Origin: a virus
DNA length: 64,000 nucleotides
Strand: one strand, 5' to 3'
IMG/VR virus record: IMGVR_UViG_3300049460_000134
Span: 32,001 to 96,000 of that record
Of this stretch, positions 52,729 to 61,414 are shown one piece after another; positions within the stretch are counted from its first letter, which is position 1; each line of letters opens with the position of its first letter. The notes beneath the pieces are model-generated. The model did no database searches. It was not told the origin of the DNA and saw only the letters and a list, made by a program, of their open reading frames with translations. The position numbers were made by a program, and so were the translations under genes.

Positions 52729-53578
52729 ATGAAGCGCAAACCGACAAAGACCATAGAATTCACAGCGGCTGAGCACCGCGTCATCACGGCAATCGTCAAC
52801 GCTATCCAGTTCGGCGGCGACGTCGTCGTGGCAGCTCAGCGCGCCGAAGAGCGCAACAACGATGTGAAGCCGGTCGCTGAAGGTTCCGAGGAGGAACTAA
52901 TCATCTGGGGTAACATCACCGATCTCTTCCAAAAGATCCGGCTCGCCTGAAAGGAACAACAATGACCAAGGAACAAATCGCCGAGATCTGGGACCGGTAT
53001 TTCGAGATCGTCAGCGAGGACGATGATGACGTCGTGCCGGTGCATGGCGAGCTGGCTGAGAAGCTCAAGGCTCTGATCGCTGAGGCGCCATACCAGGGCA
53101 AGGATCCGATGTTCTGCACTGGCTTCTGGACATACGAGGACGGCAACCGTGCCTTTGAGATCAGCCTCCACCTCAACAGCGGCGAATCTGCCATCTGCGA
53201 CGCCGACGTCCCTGATGTGGATAAGCGCAGCGATCGCCTCGACAAGCTGCGCTGGGCCCAGATCCGCGCATTGCTGACGGTGGACGAGGCAAACGCCCTA
53301 GTCGAGTGTGCTGAGGCAATGGACCAGTTCGCCGACGAATGCGAGTCTCAAGGCAACGAGGTGTCAGCAGACGAGCTTTGGACCAAGGCAGGACTCGTGC
53401 AAAGCATGATGGCGTGCGCTCCATGATGACGGCAGCATATCAGACCAAGCTCCTCAAAGACCGTCGCACCTTGGCGCAGAGTAAGGTAAAGGCGTTGGCA
53501 GAGGGCGACGCCAAGCGAGCCGCTTACGAGAAGTGGATCGCCGAGCTCGACGAACAGATAATGGCTCTAGGAGGCTAG
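52729..53578 (+). CDS. Three small hypothetical ORFs
   Basis: 52729-52950, 52962-53426 and about 53423-53578. Confidence 0.45.
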
Positions 53579-54051
53579 GTATGATTGGCACAATTGAGCT
53601 CATGGCGTTCTTCTTCGTCGGCGGACTGATGTTCTGCACCGGCGTTCACTTCGAGCGCTGGCAGGTTCGCCAGGAGCAGAGGAGAGAATGGAATGACCGC
53701 TGATCCACGCCTAACCCGATCATTCGGCATCAAGTGGCCGCGGATCTTCCCTGGGACTATCTGATCCCTGGGTGTGTCACTGCCATCAAGAAGAGGCGCG
53801 AGCAAGCTGGGCACGACTTCATCCGGCTCTACGAGGCCTTCTACAAGAGCCGATAACAGTTTCAGGTAGGGGATCTGTCCGTGCTTCCCCTACAGCGCGC
53901 AGCCGGCGGTCGTGCTACCAAACAACACCGGCAGACTGCAGCCGTTCTCTTTCGGCGGTGATGCAGCATAGAGAGCCACGCCATACCCCAGGCGTGTGAA
54001 GTAAAGAGCGACTGTTGGCTCTTTCTCTCTATAGCCAGGTAGAGCCGTGGC

Positions 54052-54519
54052 ATGCCATATCTCTCGCAGAGGGAGATACAGATGATTGACCAGGCGAAAT
54101 ACGACAAAGAGCTCGAGGAATGGCTCGAGAATACACCGACCTTGGCTCACGAGCGCCGCGCACTCGATAAGCTTAGAGCTGCCTACCAGGCGGTATTAAG
54201 CGATCCGCGGTTCAAACTCTCCCCTTGGCTTGCAAATGTGGTCCGCAGCGACGCCAATAACTATCTGTGGCTCGATATTCGCACGCATGCCTGGAACGAG
54301 AACGACGATGCGCAGTGGGTGATGAACTACGACCTTGGGCTCGGCGCCTATTTTCAATGGGTGAGAAACGACCAGGACCACCAAGTGGTGCGCAGCCGGA
54401 TCGACGAGAAGGACGTAATCGACCTCGCCATTCAGTTCTGCCTGAAAGCGCTGGAGAAAGGATGGCTACCGCCACGGTCCTTGACAGGCCAGGCCACGGC
54501 ACCACTCACAGGCGATTAA
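54052..54519 (+). CDS. Hypothetical protein
   Basis: ORF with plausible SD. Confidence 0.45.
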   Translation: MPYLSQREIQMIDQAKYDKELEEWLENTPTLAHERRALDKLRAAYQAVLSDPRFKLSPWLANVVRSDANNYLWLDIRTHAWNENDDAQWVMNYDLGLGAYFQWVRNDQDHQVVRSRIDEKDVIDLAIQFCLKALEKGWLPPRSLTGQATAPLTGD

Positions 54520-55030
54520 CAGCCAATCTCCACAACCTCATCCGCTTAACATTAGACCGCCCTAATGTTAACTCGAAACCGCGCAGTTAACATCCAATCG
54601 TTTAGTGAACATCGCGCCATGCTTAATAGTTTAACCTTAGTTTAACACTAACTTACCCTCAAATGACCGAAATCGAATTTTTCCCTCGAATGTTAAACTC
54701 CCCAGAGCACAACCTGCTGACAACGGAATCGCTATAGAAGCTCACACAATCGATCCGCTCACGTCTAACGATACAGACAGCGCTCTCTATAGCGGATGAA
54801 GCTCAGCAACGCTCTCAGCGTCAAACAGCACACAGGTCTCGTCGTATCTAAACGCTATAGAAACCAGTGCAGAAAACATTCACAGCAACACCGGCTAGAA
54901 ACAGCTCAATCCATAGAGAGACAGCGACCAGCATAGAGAGCCAATAGACCTAGAGAGAGGCTATAGAGCACATAAGCGCATAGCGGGGAGAGAGCATAGA
55001 GAGGTCCGCGGTATAGAGAGGGAGCTATTG
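54520..55030. repeat. AT-rich non-coding region with TTAAC and (CT)ATAGAG repeats; possible origin or packaging region
   Basis: Clustered ttaac/gttaa at 54515-54700; repeated atagag(ag) at 54910-55020. Confidence 0.4.
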
Positions 55031-55368
55031 CAAAGAGTCGATGGTGGAAATGCGTCGGCGCCGATCCTGTCTCGCCAGCCCAATCCACGCCTCGCCTCAC
55101 CCATCCTGTGCACAGCCGACTTAACCCTTTCGCAACCCGACGCGCGACGCGCTACTGTCATTCTGTGACGAGCAGGTGCTCACACGCAGCGAATGATCTG
55201 GGGCTGGGGCATTGGATCATCACCTTAGAGGCGGTCTTCACAGGATCGCCTCTCTTTTTGACCTCCAGGAAAATAGGAACCACGCCAACTCGCCGTCGCA
55301 GACGCCAAACCGTAGGGTGCTCCTAATTGCGGACGTGCCTGATGAGCCGGACCTTAGCCTCTCTATAG

Positions 55369-55440
55369 CCGCGGCATGCCACCTTAAGCCGGAGTGATCC
55401 TAGGATGACCGAGGCGTGCCTTGGAAATCCTCGGCGAGAC
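55369..55440. repeat. 10-bp phased CC(NN)GG array
   Basis: CC at 55369, 55379, 55389, 55399, 55409, 55419 and 55429; five of the seven are CCNNGG. Confidence 0.75.
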
Positions 55441-55453
55441 CTTCTTTCCGAGT

Positions 55454-55511
55454 CCGTGTTCTCACTAATATAATCTTCTTATCTACGTATTATCTATTAG
55501 TGAGAACATGG
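55454..55511. repeat. 17-bp inverted repeat around a 24-nt AT-rich loop
   Basis: ccgtgttctcactaata ... tattagtgagaacatgg (16/17 match). Confidence 0.75.
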
Positions 55512-55665
55512 CTCCGGATATGTCCGGAATGTGTCCGTGGCTCTCCATACGCCGGAACGAGCCTAAACGTGCCGTGAAAAGCCGATTTCTATCCTAAAAT
55601 CAAAGACTTATGTTCTTCTCATCGAAAGCGAGCGCACTCGAAGCGCGTCACAGAGGAGAAAGAGC

Positions 55666-56346
55666 ATGCAGTCCACGTCCAACCAGGCACCGGCCACGTC
55701 CAAGAAGATAGAGGCCTACGACTTCAAGCAGGCGGCACAGAGCCATACATCTGACGAGTTGGCGGCGTTTGCCTTGCGTGTCGAGCAGGCGTTCACCGCA
55801 AGAGCGCAGTTCGAGCTCGACCAGACGAGCAACGCCGACGAGCCGATCCAGAAGAAGCTCGCCACCGCACGCAAGTCCTTCTCTATGCCGGACACACTGC
55901 GCGGCATGATCGAACTCAACCTCGATCCGGAGTTCATCAACGGCACGCTCTCCAAAGACGGCAAAGGCAAGCGCCTGAACGTCTATGCCATCAAGAAGGC
56001 GCAGCAGATCGTGGACTTCATGCTCGGCAAGGACAAGCTGCCGGAGGTGCTGATCGCCTGCCTCAAGTCGATGGTGGCATTCAAGGCGGCCGGCGAGAAG
56101 TTCACGGCAGAGTTTTCCAAGGCTGCAGTCTCAGACAAGATCAGGCTCGCGCCATCTGCCGGCCTTAAGCTCCTTGTCAGGCACAACGTCGATAAGGCTA
56201 CCGCCTCGACGCAGGCAAGTAGTAATATGCGCATTCTGCAGGCTCTTGGTCTGGTGAAGAACGTAGGCAGTGCACGCTCCGGTGTGTATGAGCTGACGGA
56301 TACAAAGCAGGCGGTAGCGCTTGTGGATCTTCTGAGGTCAGCCTAG
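55666..56346 (+). CDS. Putative DNA-binding protein, paralog of 58471-59055
   Basis: Shared blocks NVYAIKKA, LKSMVAFKAAGEKFT and MRILQALGLV. Confidence 0.6.
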   Translation: MQSTSNQAPATSKKIEAYDFKQAAQSHTSDELAAFALRVEQAFTARAQFELDQTSNADEPIQKKLATARKSFSMPDTLRGMIELNLDPEFINGTLSKDGKGKRLNVYAIKKAQQIVDFMLGKDKLPEVLIACLKSMVAFKAAGEKFTAEFSKAAVSDKIRLAPSAGLKLLVRHNVDKATASTQASSNMRILQALGLVKNVGSARSGVYELTDTKQAVALVDLLRSA

Positions 56347-56379
56347 GCCTCGCCGGCTAGGCGAAACTGCAGAGGGGAA

Positions 56380-56419
56380 GAGGCGGTAGGCACCCAAACC
56401 TACCGCCTCGCTTTGTTTT
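56380..56419 (+). terminator. Intrinsic terminator
   Basis: gaggcggtagg/cctaccgcctc stem plus T-rich tail. Confidence 0.7.
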
Positions 56420-56540
56420 GGCTATAGAGAGACCAAGGATATCCGTGGCAGCGGCCATTAGGAACCGGTGGGGTCCAAGGGACCGGCCGCTAGAAACCAC
56501 GCATGTCCGCTCCAGGTGTAGGGGAAGGATTGGGTTGATG

Positions 56541-56586
56541 CCGCGGCGATCCTAGGCGATCCGTGGCAGGCCGCGGCAAACCTTGG
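56541..56586. repeat. 10-bp phased CCNNGG array
   Basis: ccgcgg 56541, cctagg 56551, ccgtgg 56561, ccgcgg 56571, ccttgg 56581. Confidence 0.8.
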
Positions 56587-56707
56587 CTGAGGCATCGCCT
56601 CCCCTCTCCTATCCGTGCCTCGCCGGAGTGATCCAGAGATTGCCGATTGCATGCCTCTCTCTATCATCGTATCAGTAATTATTGACTGACAAACACAAGA
56701 GAGACAC

Positions 56708-57040
56708 ATGAAGATCATTACTGAAGCCGAACTGACGAGCGCTATCGAAGACTGCCTGTGCGAAGTGTTTGAGCTCGTCGTAGGCCAGCGCGCATATCTC
56801 GAAGTGCTCACGAATGAGACGGACTACGTCGGCACGCTCATCGAGTATGAGACGGACCTTGGCTTTCACAACGCGACAAACGTCTTCGATCTGGACCTAG
56901 AGACGCGCAAGTATGCCTTTGAGCGCGCAGTGACTGCCGGCGATGCGAAACAGTCGTTCTTTGCATATGACAGCCTATCTGATGCGAAAGCACACGCCAC
57001 GGCGCTGCTATTCGCAAAGCTCGACGGCTACGAAGAATAG
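56708..57040 (+). CDS. Acidic hypothetical protein
   Basis: ORF after an operator; GAGAG-type SD. Confidence 0.55.
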   Translation: MKIITEAELTSAIEDCLCEVFELVVGQRAYLEVLTNETDYVGTLIEYETDLGFHNATNVFDLDLETRKYAFERAVTAGDAKQSFFAYDSLSDAKAHATALLFAKLDGYEE

Positions 57041-57282
57041 GCCATAGCGAGCGTCGCTGACCGCGGCGCTTTCATTTGGCTTGTCGAGTGCCGTGGCGAT
57101 CCTTGGAACCCGCCGAGGGGCAGTCCACGCCACACCAGGCCGGTCCAGTCCTCATCCGGCCAGGCCAGGTCCACGGCACGTCAGGCCGCCTCACCCTGCA
57201 AGACCCCTGCAATGCCGATTTGATCGCCTTTAGCGACTTCGCTAAAACAATAATTAGCGAAACACGAAAGAGAGACACGCGC

Positions 57283-57606
57283 ATGACCAACGAACTCGTA
57301 AAGACCGCCGCCATTGCTCTGCTCAATCATCTGTCCACGATGAACGATGATGCCTTTGAGCGCGTCGATACCGACTACATCGACTATTCGCCTGACGCGC
57401 ACTTCACAGTCGCCTTGTTCGACGCGATCGAGCCAGCCAAAGACCGCAACTACTTCGACATGATTACCGAGTTCACCTACGAGCTCGCCAGTGTCACCAA
57501 GAGCGATGACGATCGTGCCGACGTCGATCGCTTCTGCACCAAGCTCTTCTCCGCCCTCCTCCGTTTCGAAATGAGCGAGAACATCCAGAGTCTCGACGCC
57601 TCATAG
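57283..57606 (+). CDS. Acidic hypothetical protein lacking Gly and Trp
   Basis: 107 aa; no GG on the coding strand. Confidence 0.55.
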   Translation: MTNELVKTAAIALLNHLSTMNDDAFERVDTDYIDYSPDAHFTVALFDAIEPAKDRNYFDMITEFTYELASVTKSDDDRADVDRFCTKLFSALLRFEMSENIQSLDAS

Positions 57607-57682
57607 CGCCGACAACATCCATTTGAACGCCTTTAGCGAATTCGCTAAATATTTAAGTGTCAACAACGTGAGAGCGAGACAC

Positions 57683-57853
57683 ATGCAAACGATCATTCCA
57701 GCGCCGACCGTCAGATACCACATAAAAGAAATGACGCCGCGCCAGTCGAACTTCGCAAGCCAAGCCCTGTCGCTTGCCAAGGAGACTGCCGCCTTCATTG
57801 CCTTTATCGTCTTCGTCTGTGCTGTCATCGCCGTGTGCGTGATAATCCACTAA
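57683..57853 (+). CDS. Small membrane protein lacking Gly and Trp
   Basis: C-terminal hydrophobic helix; followed by terminator 57860-57902. Confidence 0.45.
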   Translation: MQTIIPAPTVRYHIKEMTPRQSNFASQALSLAKETAAFIAFIVFVCAVIAVCVIIH

Positions 57854-58018
57854 GTCGAGAGCCAGGTCCGGACACCGCCATGTCACCGGACCTGGCTTTT
57901 TCATTGCCTGAAACCATGGCATGCCACGGTTGCCAAAATCAGGAACCGAGGCTATTCGTGCCAAGGGGATCCAGTCCGGCGAGTCCCGCTGGCGATGCCT
58001 GTCAATATATGAGCGCTC

Positions 58019-58083
58019 GCTACATCGCTCGACGCTTCATTAGTCGATGCTACATTACGCGCTGCTGCATTAGTCGACGCTTC
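58019..58083. repeat. Degenerate 15-bp tandem repeat (about 4 copies)
   Basis: gctacatcgctcgac / gcttcattagtcgat / gctacattacgcgct / gctgcattagtcgac. Confidence 0.6.
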
Positions 58084-58164
58084 GAAAGCGCACGCTCTCA
58101 CACCTCTTGCTCAATTAGCGCATGCTCACAGACACGCGCTCGCGAGCCTGTCCGTTTCCGCACC

Positions 58165-58203
58165 AAAAACAAAGAAAAGCACACGCTTGTTTAGCGTGTG
58201 CTT
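58165..58203 (-). terminator. Intrinsic terminator for the minus-strand genes
   Basis: aagcacacgct/agcgtgtgctt stem preceded by an A-tract; the stem contains no GG or CC. Confidence 0.65.
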
Positions 58204-58221
58204 GTATCTGCTTTTGCTGTT

Positions 58222-58401
58222 TTATTCAGCGCTCATGCGCTCGCGTTCTGTGGTGCGCACATAGTCGCGCATGTCGAAATACTCGCTTTCATAGTCGCGC
58301 TCTAACAGCGCAACGTCTGAGGTGTTAGCAAACGACATGCTAAGCGCTTGTCTGAAGTTGTCGCGCTCGCGACGCTCTTTCTTTGTCATGTGTATGCGCA
58401 T
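58222..58401 (-). CDS. 59-aa charged protein not in the ORF track, lacking Gly, Pro and Trp
   Basis: MRIHMTKKERRERDNFRQALSMSFANTSDVALLERDYESEYFDMRDYVRTTERERMSAE*; GAGAG SD; lies between an operator and a terminator. Confidence 0.5.
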   Translation of the reverse strand: MRIHMTKKERRERDNFRQALSMSFANTSDVALLERDYESEYFDMRDYVRTTERERMSAE

Positions 58402-58470
58402 TATCTAAATCTCTCGTTGGTGTTTCGTGTGAGTGTCAGTCAATTAAGACTGACACTCGTTTCTGTGGTG

Positions 58471-59055
58471 TTACGCGCTCAGCTTCGCTTCAATGAGCGC
58501 AAAGATTGCGTTGTTGTTGACTGCATATTCAGTCTTGTTTTTCTGCTCAATCAGATTGAGCGCATGCAGTGCGCGCATGCTCATGTTTGCATGTCGTGCA
58601 TAGTTCGCGAATTGCGTGCGACGCTGATAGATGAGCGCTTTTTTGGTGTCGTCGATTTTCGCGCTCGCGTTCAAGCTGTCTTCAATGTCGCGCACAGTGA
58701 AGTTTACATTAGCGTTCTTGAAGTTAACAAGCGTGCGCAACACTTCTTCGAGATTGCTCTTGAGGTGTTTTACATCGTCGCGCGTTGCGAACTTGAGCAA
58801 GCTATCAACACTGTTGATTGCTTTCATGCACATATACTTATTTTCGACGCGCTTGTCGTGCGAAAACACCTCAGAAACGTTGCTCTTCTTGAGCAACGCA
58901 GCAACGCTTTTCTGCGATACTGTGAGCGTTACATCAGTGATGAACTTGAGCGATGCAGCGCATGCACCATTTTTCAGTTCATCGTCATAGCGCTTGTTCA
59001 AATCTGCAGCGTATGCGTTGATCTTGACTTCGTTGTTCTTCGTTACTTCAGTCAT
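58471..59055 (-). CDS. Putative DNA-binding protein, GG/CC-depleted paralog of 55666-56346
   Basis: 194 aa with 1 Gly, 0 Pro and 0 Trp; alignable blocks with 55666. Confidence 0.65.
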   Translation of the reverse strand: MTEVTKNNEVKINAYAADLNKRYDDELKNGACAASLKFITDVTLTVSQKSVAALLKKSNVSEVFSHDKRVENKYMCMKAINSVDSLLKFATRDDVKHLKSNLEEVLRTLVNFKNANVNFTVRDIEDSLNASAKIDDTKKALIYQRRTQFANYARHANMSMRALHALNLIEQKNKTEYAVNNNAIFALIEAKLSA

Positions 59056-59612
59056 TTGCTTGTCTTTCTTTCGTTGTGCTGTTTAATCAGCGTTGTTAAC
59101 ATGTTCACTAAACACTTATTCGCAAAAACAGTCAAGCGTATCAGTCAAAAATAACTGACATTTTGCGAAAATAATTCGATGCACTCTATTTGACACATAG
59201 ACGCGCACTGACGCGCGTTGTGTGTCGTGCGCTGTCATCTATCGTTTTTGTGCGTCGCTGCATCCCTCGTGCAACGTCGTGACAATGCGCGCGTGATTGA
59301 TTCTCTAGTGTCGCGTGACAGTGTTGCTAGCGTGAGTTTTCGAGGTGAAAGCGAAGTCTTAGAAAAAAGTGCGTCGCTCGAAAGGGATGCCTCCTGCTGC
59401 GCCGACACTTCCCGGCTCGGACTACCTGTCCTCATTCCCGGCCTGGACGGACAGCATAGGTGCGGTATGCCGAGGCCCCTCCCCTGCTCTCCCCTCTACC
59501 AGACCGCCCAGATTCCCGGATCCCGGACTACCTATCCTTATGTGTCAGTAACTATTGACTGACATTCGACGCGCGGCTACAGTCGCCTCATCATCAACGC
59601 AGGATCTCTCCT

Positions 59613-60542
59613 ATGGAAATCACTAACTCCGGCAACCTCCAGGTCAGAACGCACGAGAACGGCGTTCAGGAATTCCTCGAGGCCCCGCTCAGCATGTCGC
59701 TGTTCAACGACTTTGAGGACCGGCTGCTGACACGCCACACGGACGGCCGCTACGTCTTCAGGGACGATCGCGGCAACGTGCTGATCTACATGAGCACTGG
59801 CCTCTCCGCGCTCGACGGCTTCCAGCGCGTCGGTCTGGAGCTCAAGAGCTACTACGACGTGGAGCGCAACCTCTACCAGACCGCCTTCCCTCCCCTCTCC
59901 CTGACGATGAGCGACGTTCTCGTGCCGAACAGGCTTCTCCAGGAGCTGACATTCGTTCCGACCGAGGAGCCGTTCGTCTACAAGCGCACTGCTGGTCCGT
60001 TTGGCTTCCCTGTGCTCGATCTCTTCGGTCAGCTTGCCGACAGCATTCCCCTCGAGGACGCCGTAACAGCAGCCCCTGGCTATCTCAGCGGCGAGCCGAC
60101 CGAACAGGAGCCTGTCACCGCCGGCTCGCTCTCGAATGCGGACGGCAGCTTCAAGATTGACCTGGACGAAGGCGCGATCGAAATTAGCGAAAGCCAGAAT
60201 TCGCTAACTCGCGTTTCCGTTCACTATGACGATCGCCGCGACCTGGTCTTCGTCGGCTATGACGTCTTGGATCACATCGACGACGACGGCGGCGCCCTGG
60301 CGCTCGAGATCGATGGCAAGGCGATCGTGCCGGCCTTTGGCTGGACGCACTACACCTTCGAGGCGCTCGACAATCCGCTTGTGGACGAAGAGGCGCCGCT
60401 TGCTTCTGTCGCGAAAGAGCGAATTAGCGATCCGATCTGCGAAGGACCGGTCTTTCCGGATGGCAGCTTCACCAAGGATCAGATCGAAGAGGCTTTCCGC
60501 TTCCTCGTCGCCGACAAGCTCACCGATCGCAAGGCAGCCTGA
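59613..60542 (+). CDS. Acidic hypothetical protein
   Basis: Long ORF after an operator, with AGGA SD. Confidence 0.55.
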   Translation: MEITNSGNLQVRTHENGVQEFLEAPLSMSLFNDFEDRLLTRHTDGRYVFRDDRGNVLIYMSTGLSALDGFQRVGLELKSYYDVERNLYQTAFPPLSLTMSDVLVPNRLLQELTFVPTEEPFVYKRTAGPFGFPVLDLFGQLADSIPLEDAVTAAPGYLSGEPTEQEPVTAGSLSNADGSFKIDLDEGAIEISESQNSLTRVSVHYDDRRDLVFVGYDVLDHIDDDGGALALEIDGKAIVPAFGWTHYTFEALDNPLVDEEAPLASVAKERISDPICEGPVFPDGSFTKDQIEEAFRFLVADKLTDRKAA

Positions 60543-60665
60543 GCATGGACGCTGTCTCGCTCGCCGGCGATACGACTGACCTGGTGGTGAAGTCCATTGA
60601 CTTCACCTTGGTGCTCATCGTCGTGATCGCCTTCATGCTCCACGATACCAAGAATAGGATCTGAA

Positions 60666-60950
60666 ATGACGGACACCGTCAAAGGACTGCCCATAAAGGG
60701 CTACAAGAACGAGCAGCCGATCCACCTGGTCGAGCTGGTCAACGAGAACAAGGTTCTCGAGGAAATGGTTCTGCGCCAGATCGACCGGCACGTCGCACTC
60801 GGCGCCGAGGTCAATGGTCGTGACGTGCAGATGGCTCGTGGTCTGATCGAGGATGCGTTCATGCGCCTCAACCGCGGCGTATTCCAGCCGCAACGTCTCG
60901 AAGGCGAGCTCGGCGGGGCTGTCCTTGCTGATATGCTGGGAGCTGCCTGA
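60666..60950 (+). CDS. acb2: Acb2-like anti-CBASS cyclic-nucleotide sponge
   Basis: IKGY, N..K.LE and R....A....E.AFM.L.R...QP pattern, and about 90-aa size, match Acb2 as recalled. Confidence 0.65.
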   Translation: MTDTVKGLPIKGYKNEQPIHLVELVNENKVLEEMVLRQIDRHVALGAEVNGRDVQMARGLIEDAFMRLNRGVFQPQRLEGELGGAVLADMLGAA

Positions 60951-61103
60951 TGAGCGTCGTCGCCCTACTCTACGTCTGGCTGGCGCTCTGGCTCCTGATC
61001 GGCATCTTTGTCGCCGGTCTGGTGCTGCTCTTCCTGCGGTTCATCTGGCGAACCTATCGCTTTATCCAGAAAGAGCGATTTCGCGATTTAGCGAATGCAC
61101 GAT

Positions 61104-61131
61104 AAAAGAAAGGGCGCTTAGAGCGCCCTTT
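61104..61131. terminator. Bidirectional terminator between convergent units
   Basis: aaagggcgct/agcgcccttt. Confidence 0.7.
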
Positions 61132-61132
61132 G

Positions 61133-61414
61133 TCATTTCTGCGTCTTCTTCCAGGCCGCGAAGCACTCCTCGAGGAGTTCCTTCATCGACATGCCTCTCG
61201 CGGTCGCGGTCATCTTGAACTCCCGGCTGAATGCGCCGTCCACCTTGAAGTTCAGATCTTTGTAGATCTTCTTGACCTTCATGTTGTCGGCCACGAATGG
61301 CGTCTCGGCGGTATCGGCGATCGTCGCCAGCAGCTTGAACTCGTCGGCCTTCTTGCTTGGCGGCTTGCCTACCGGTGCCTTGGTAGCTGCCGTTTCAACT
61401 GGTGCCTTTGTCAT
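61133..61414 (-). CDS. Ribbon-helix-helix centromere-binding protein (ParG-like)
   Basis: Flexible N-terminus plus DLNFKV...EFKMTA..RGMSMKELL; coupled to parA. Confidence 0.7.
   Translation of the reverse strand: MTKAPVETAATKAPVGKPPSKKADEFKLLATIADTAETPFVADNMKVKKIYKDLNFKVDGAFSREFKMTATARGMSMKELLEECFAAWKKTQK

Noticed and set aside
55454-55511. Protelomerase telRL site
   Set aside because: The arms are separated by a 24-nt non-palindromic loop, and no protelomerase is visible.
55369-56590. CRISPR array
   Set aside because: The period is 10 bp with degenerate units; there is no repeat-spacer structure and no cas genes.
58348-59154. 268-aa plus-strand ORF
   Set aside because: Antisense shadow of the 194-aa minus-strand gene, which has a paralog, an upstream operator and a downstream terminator.
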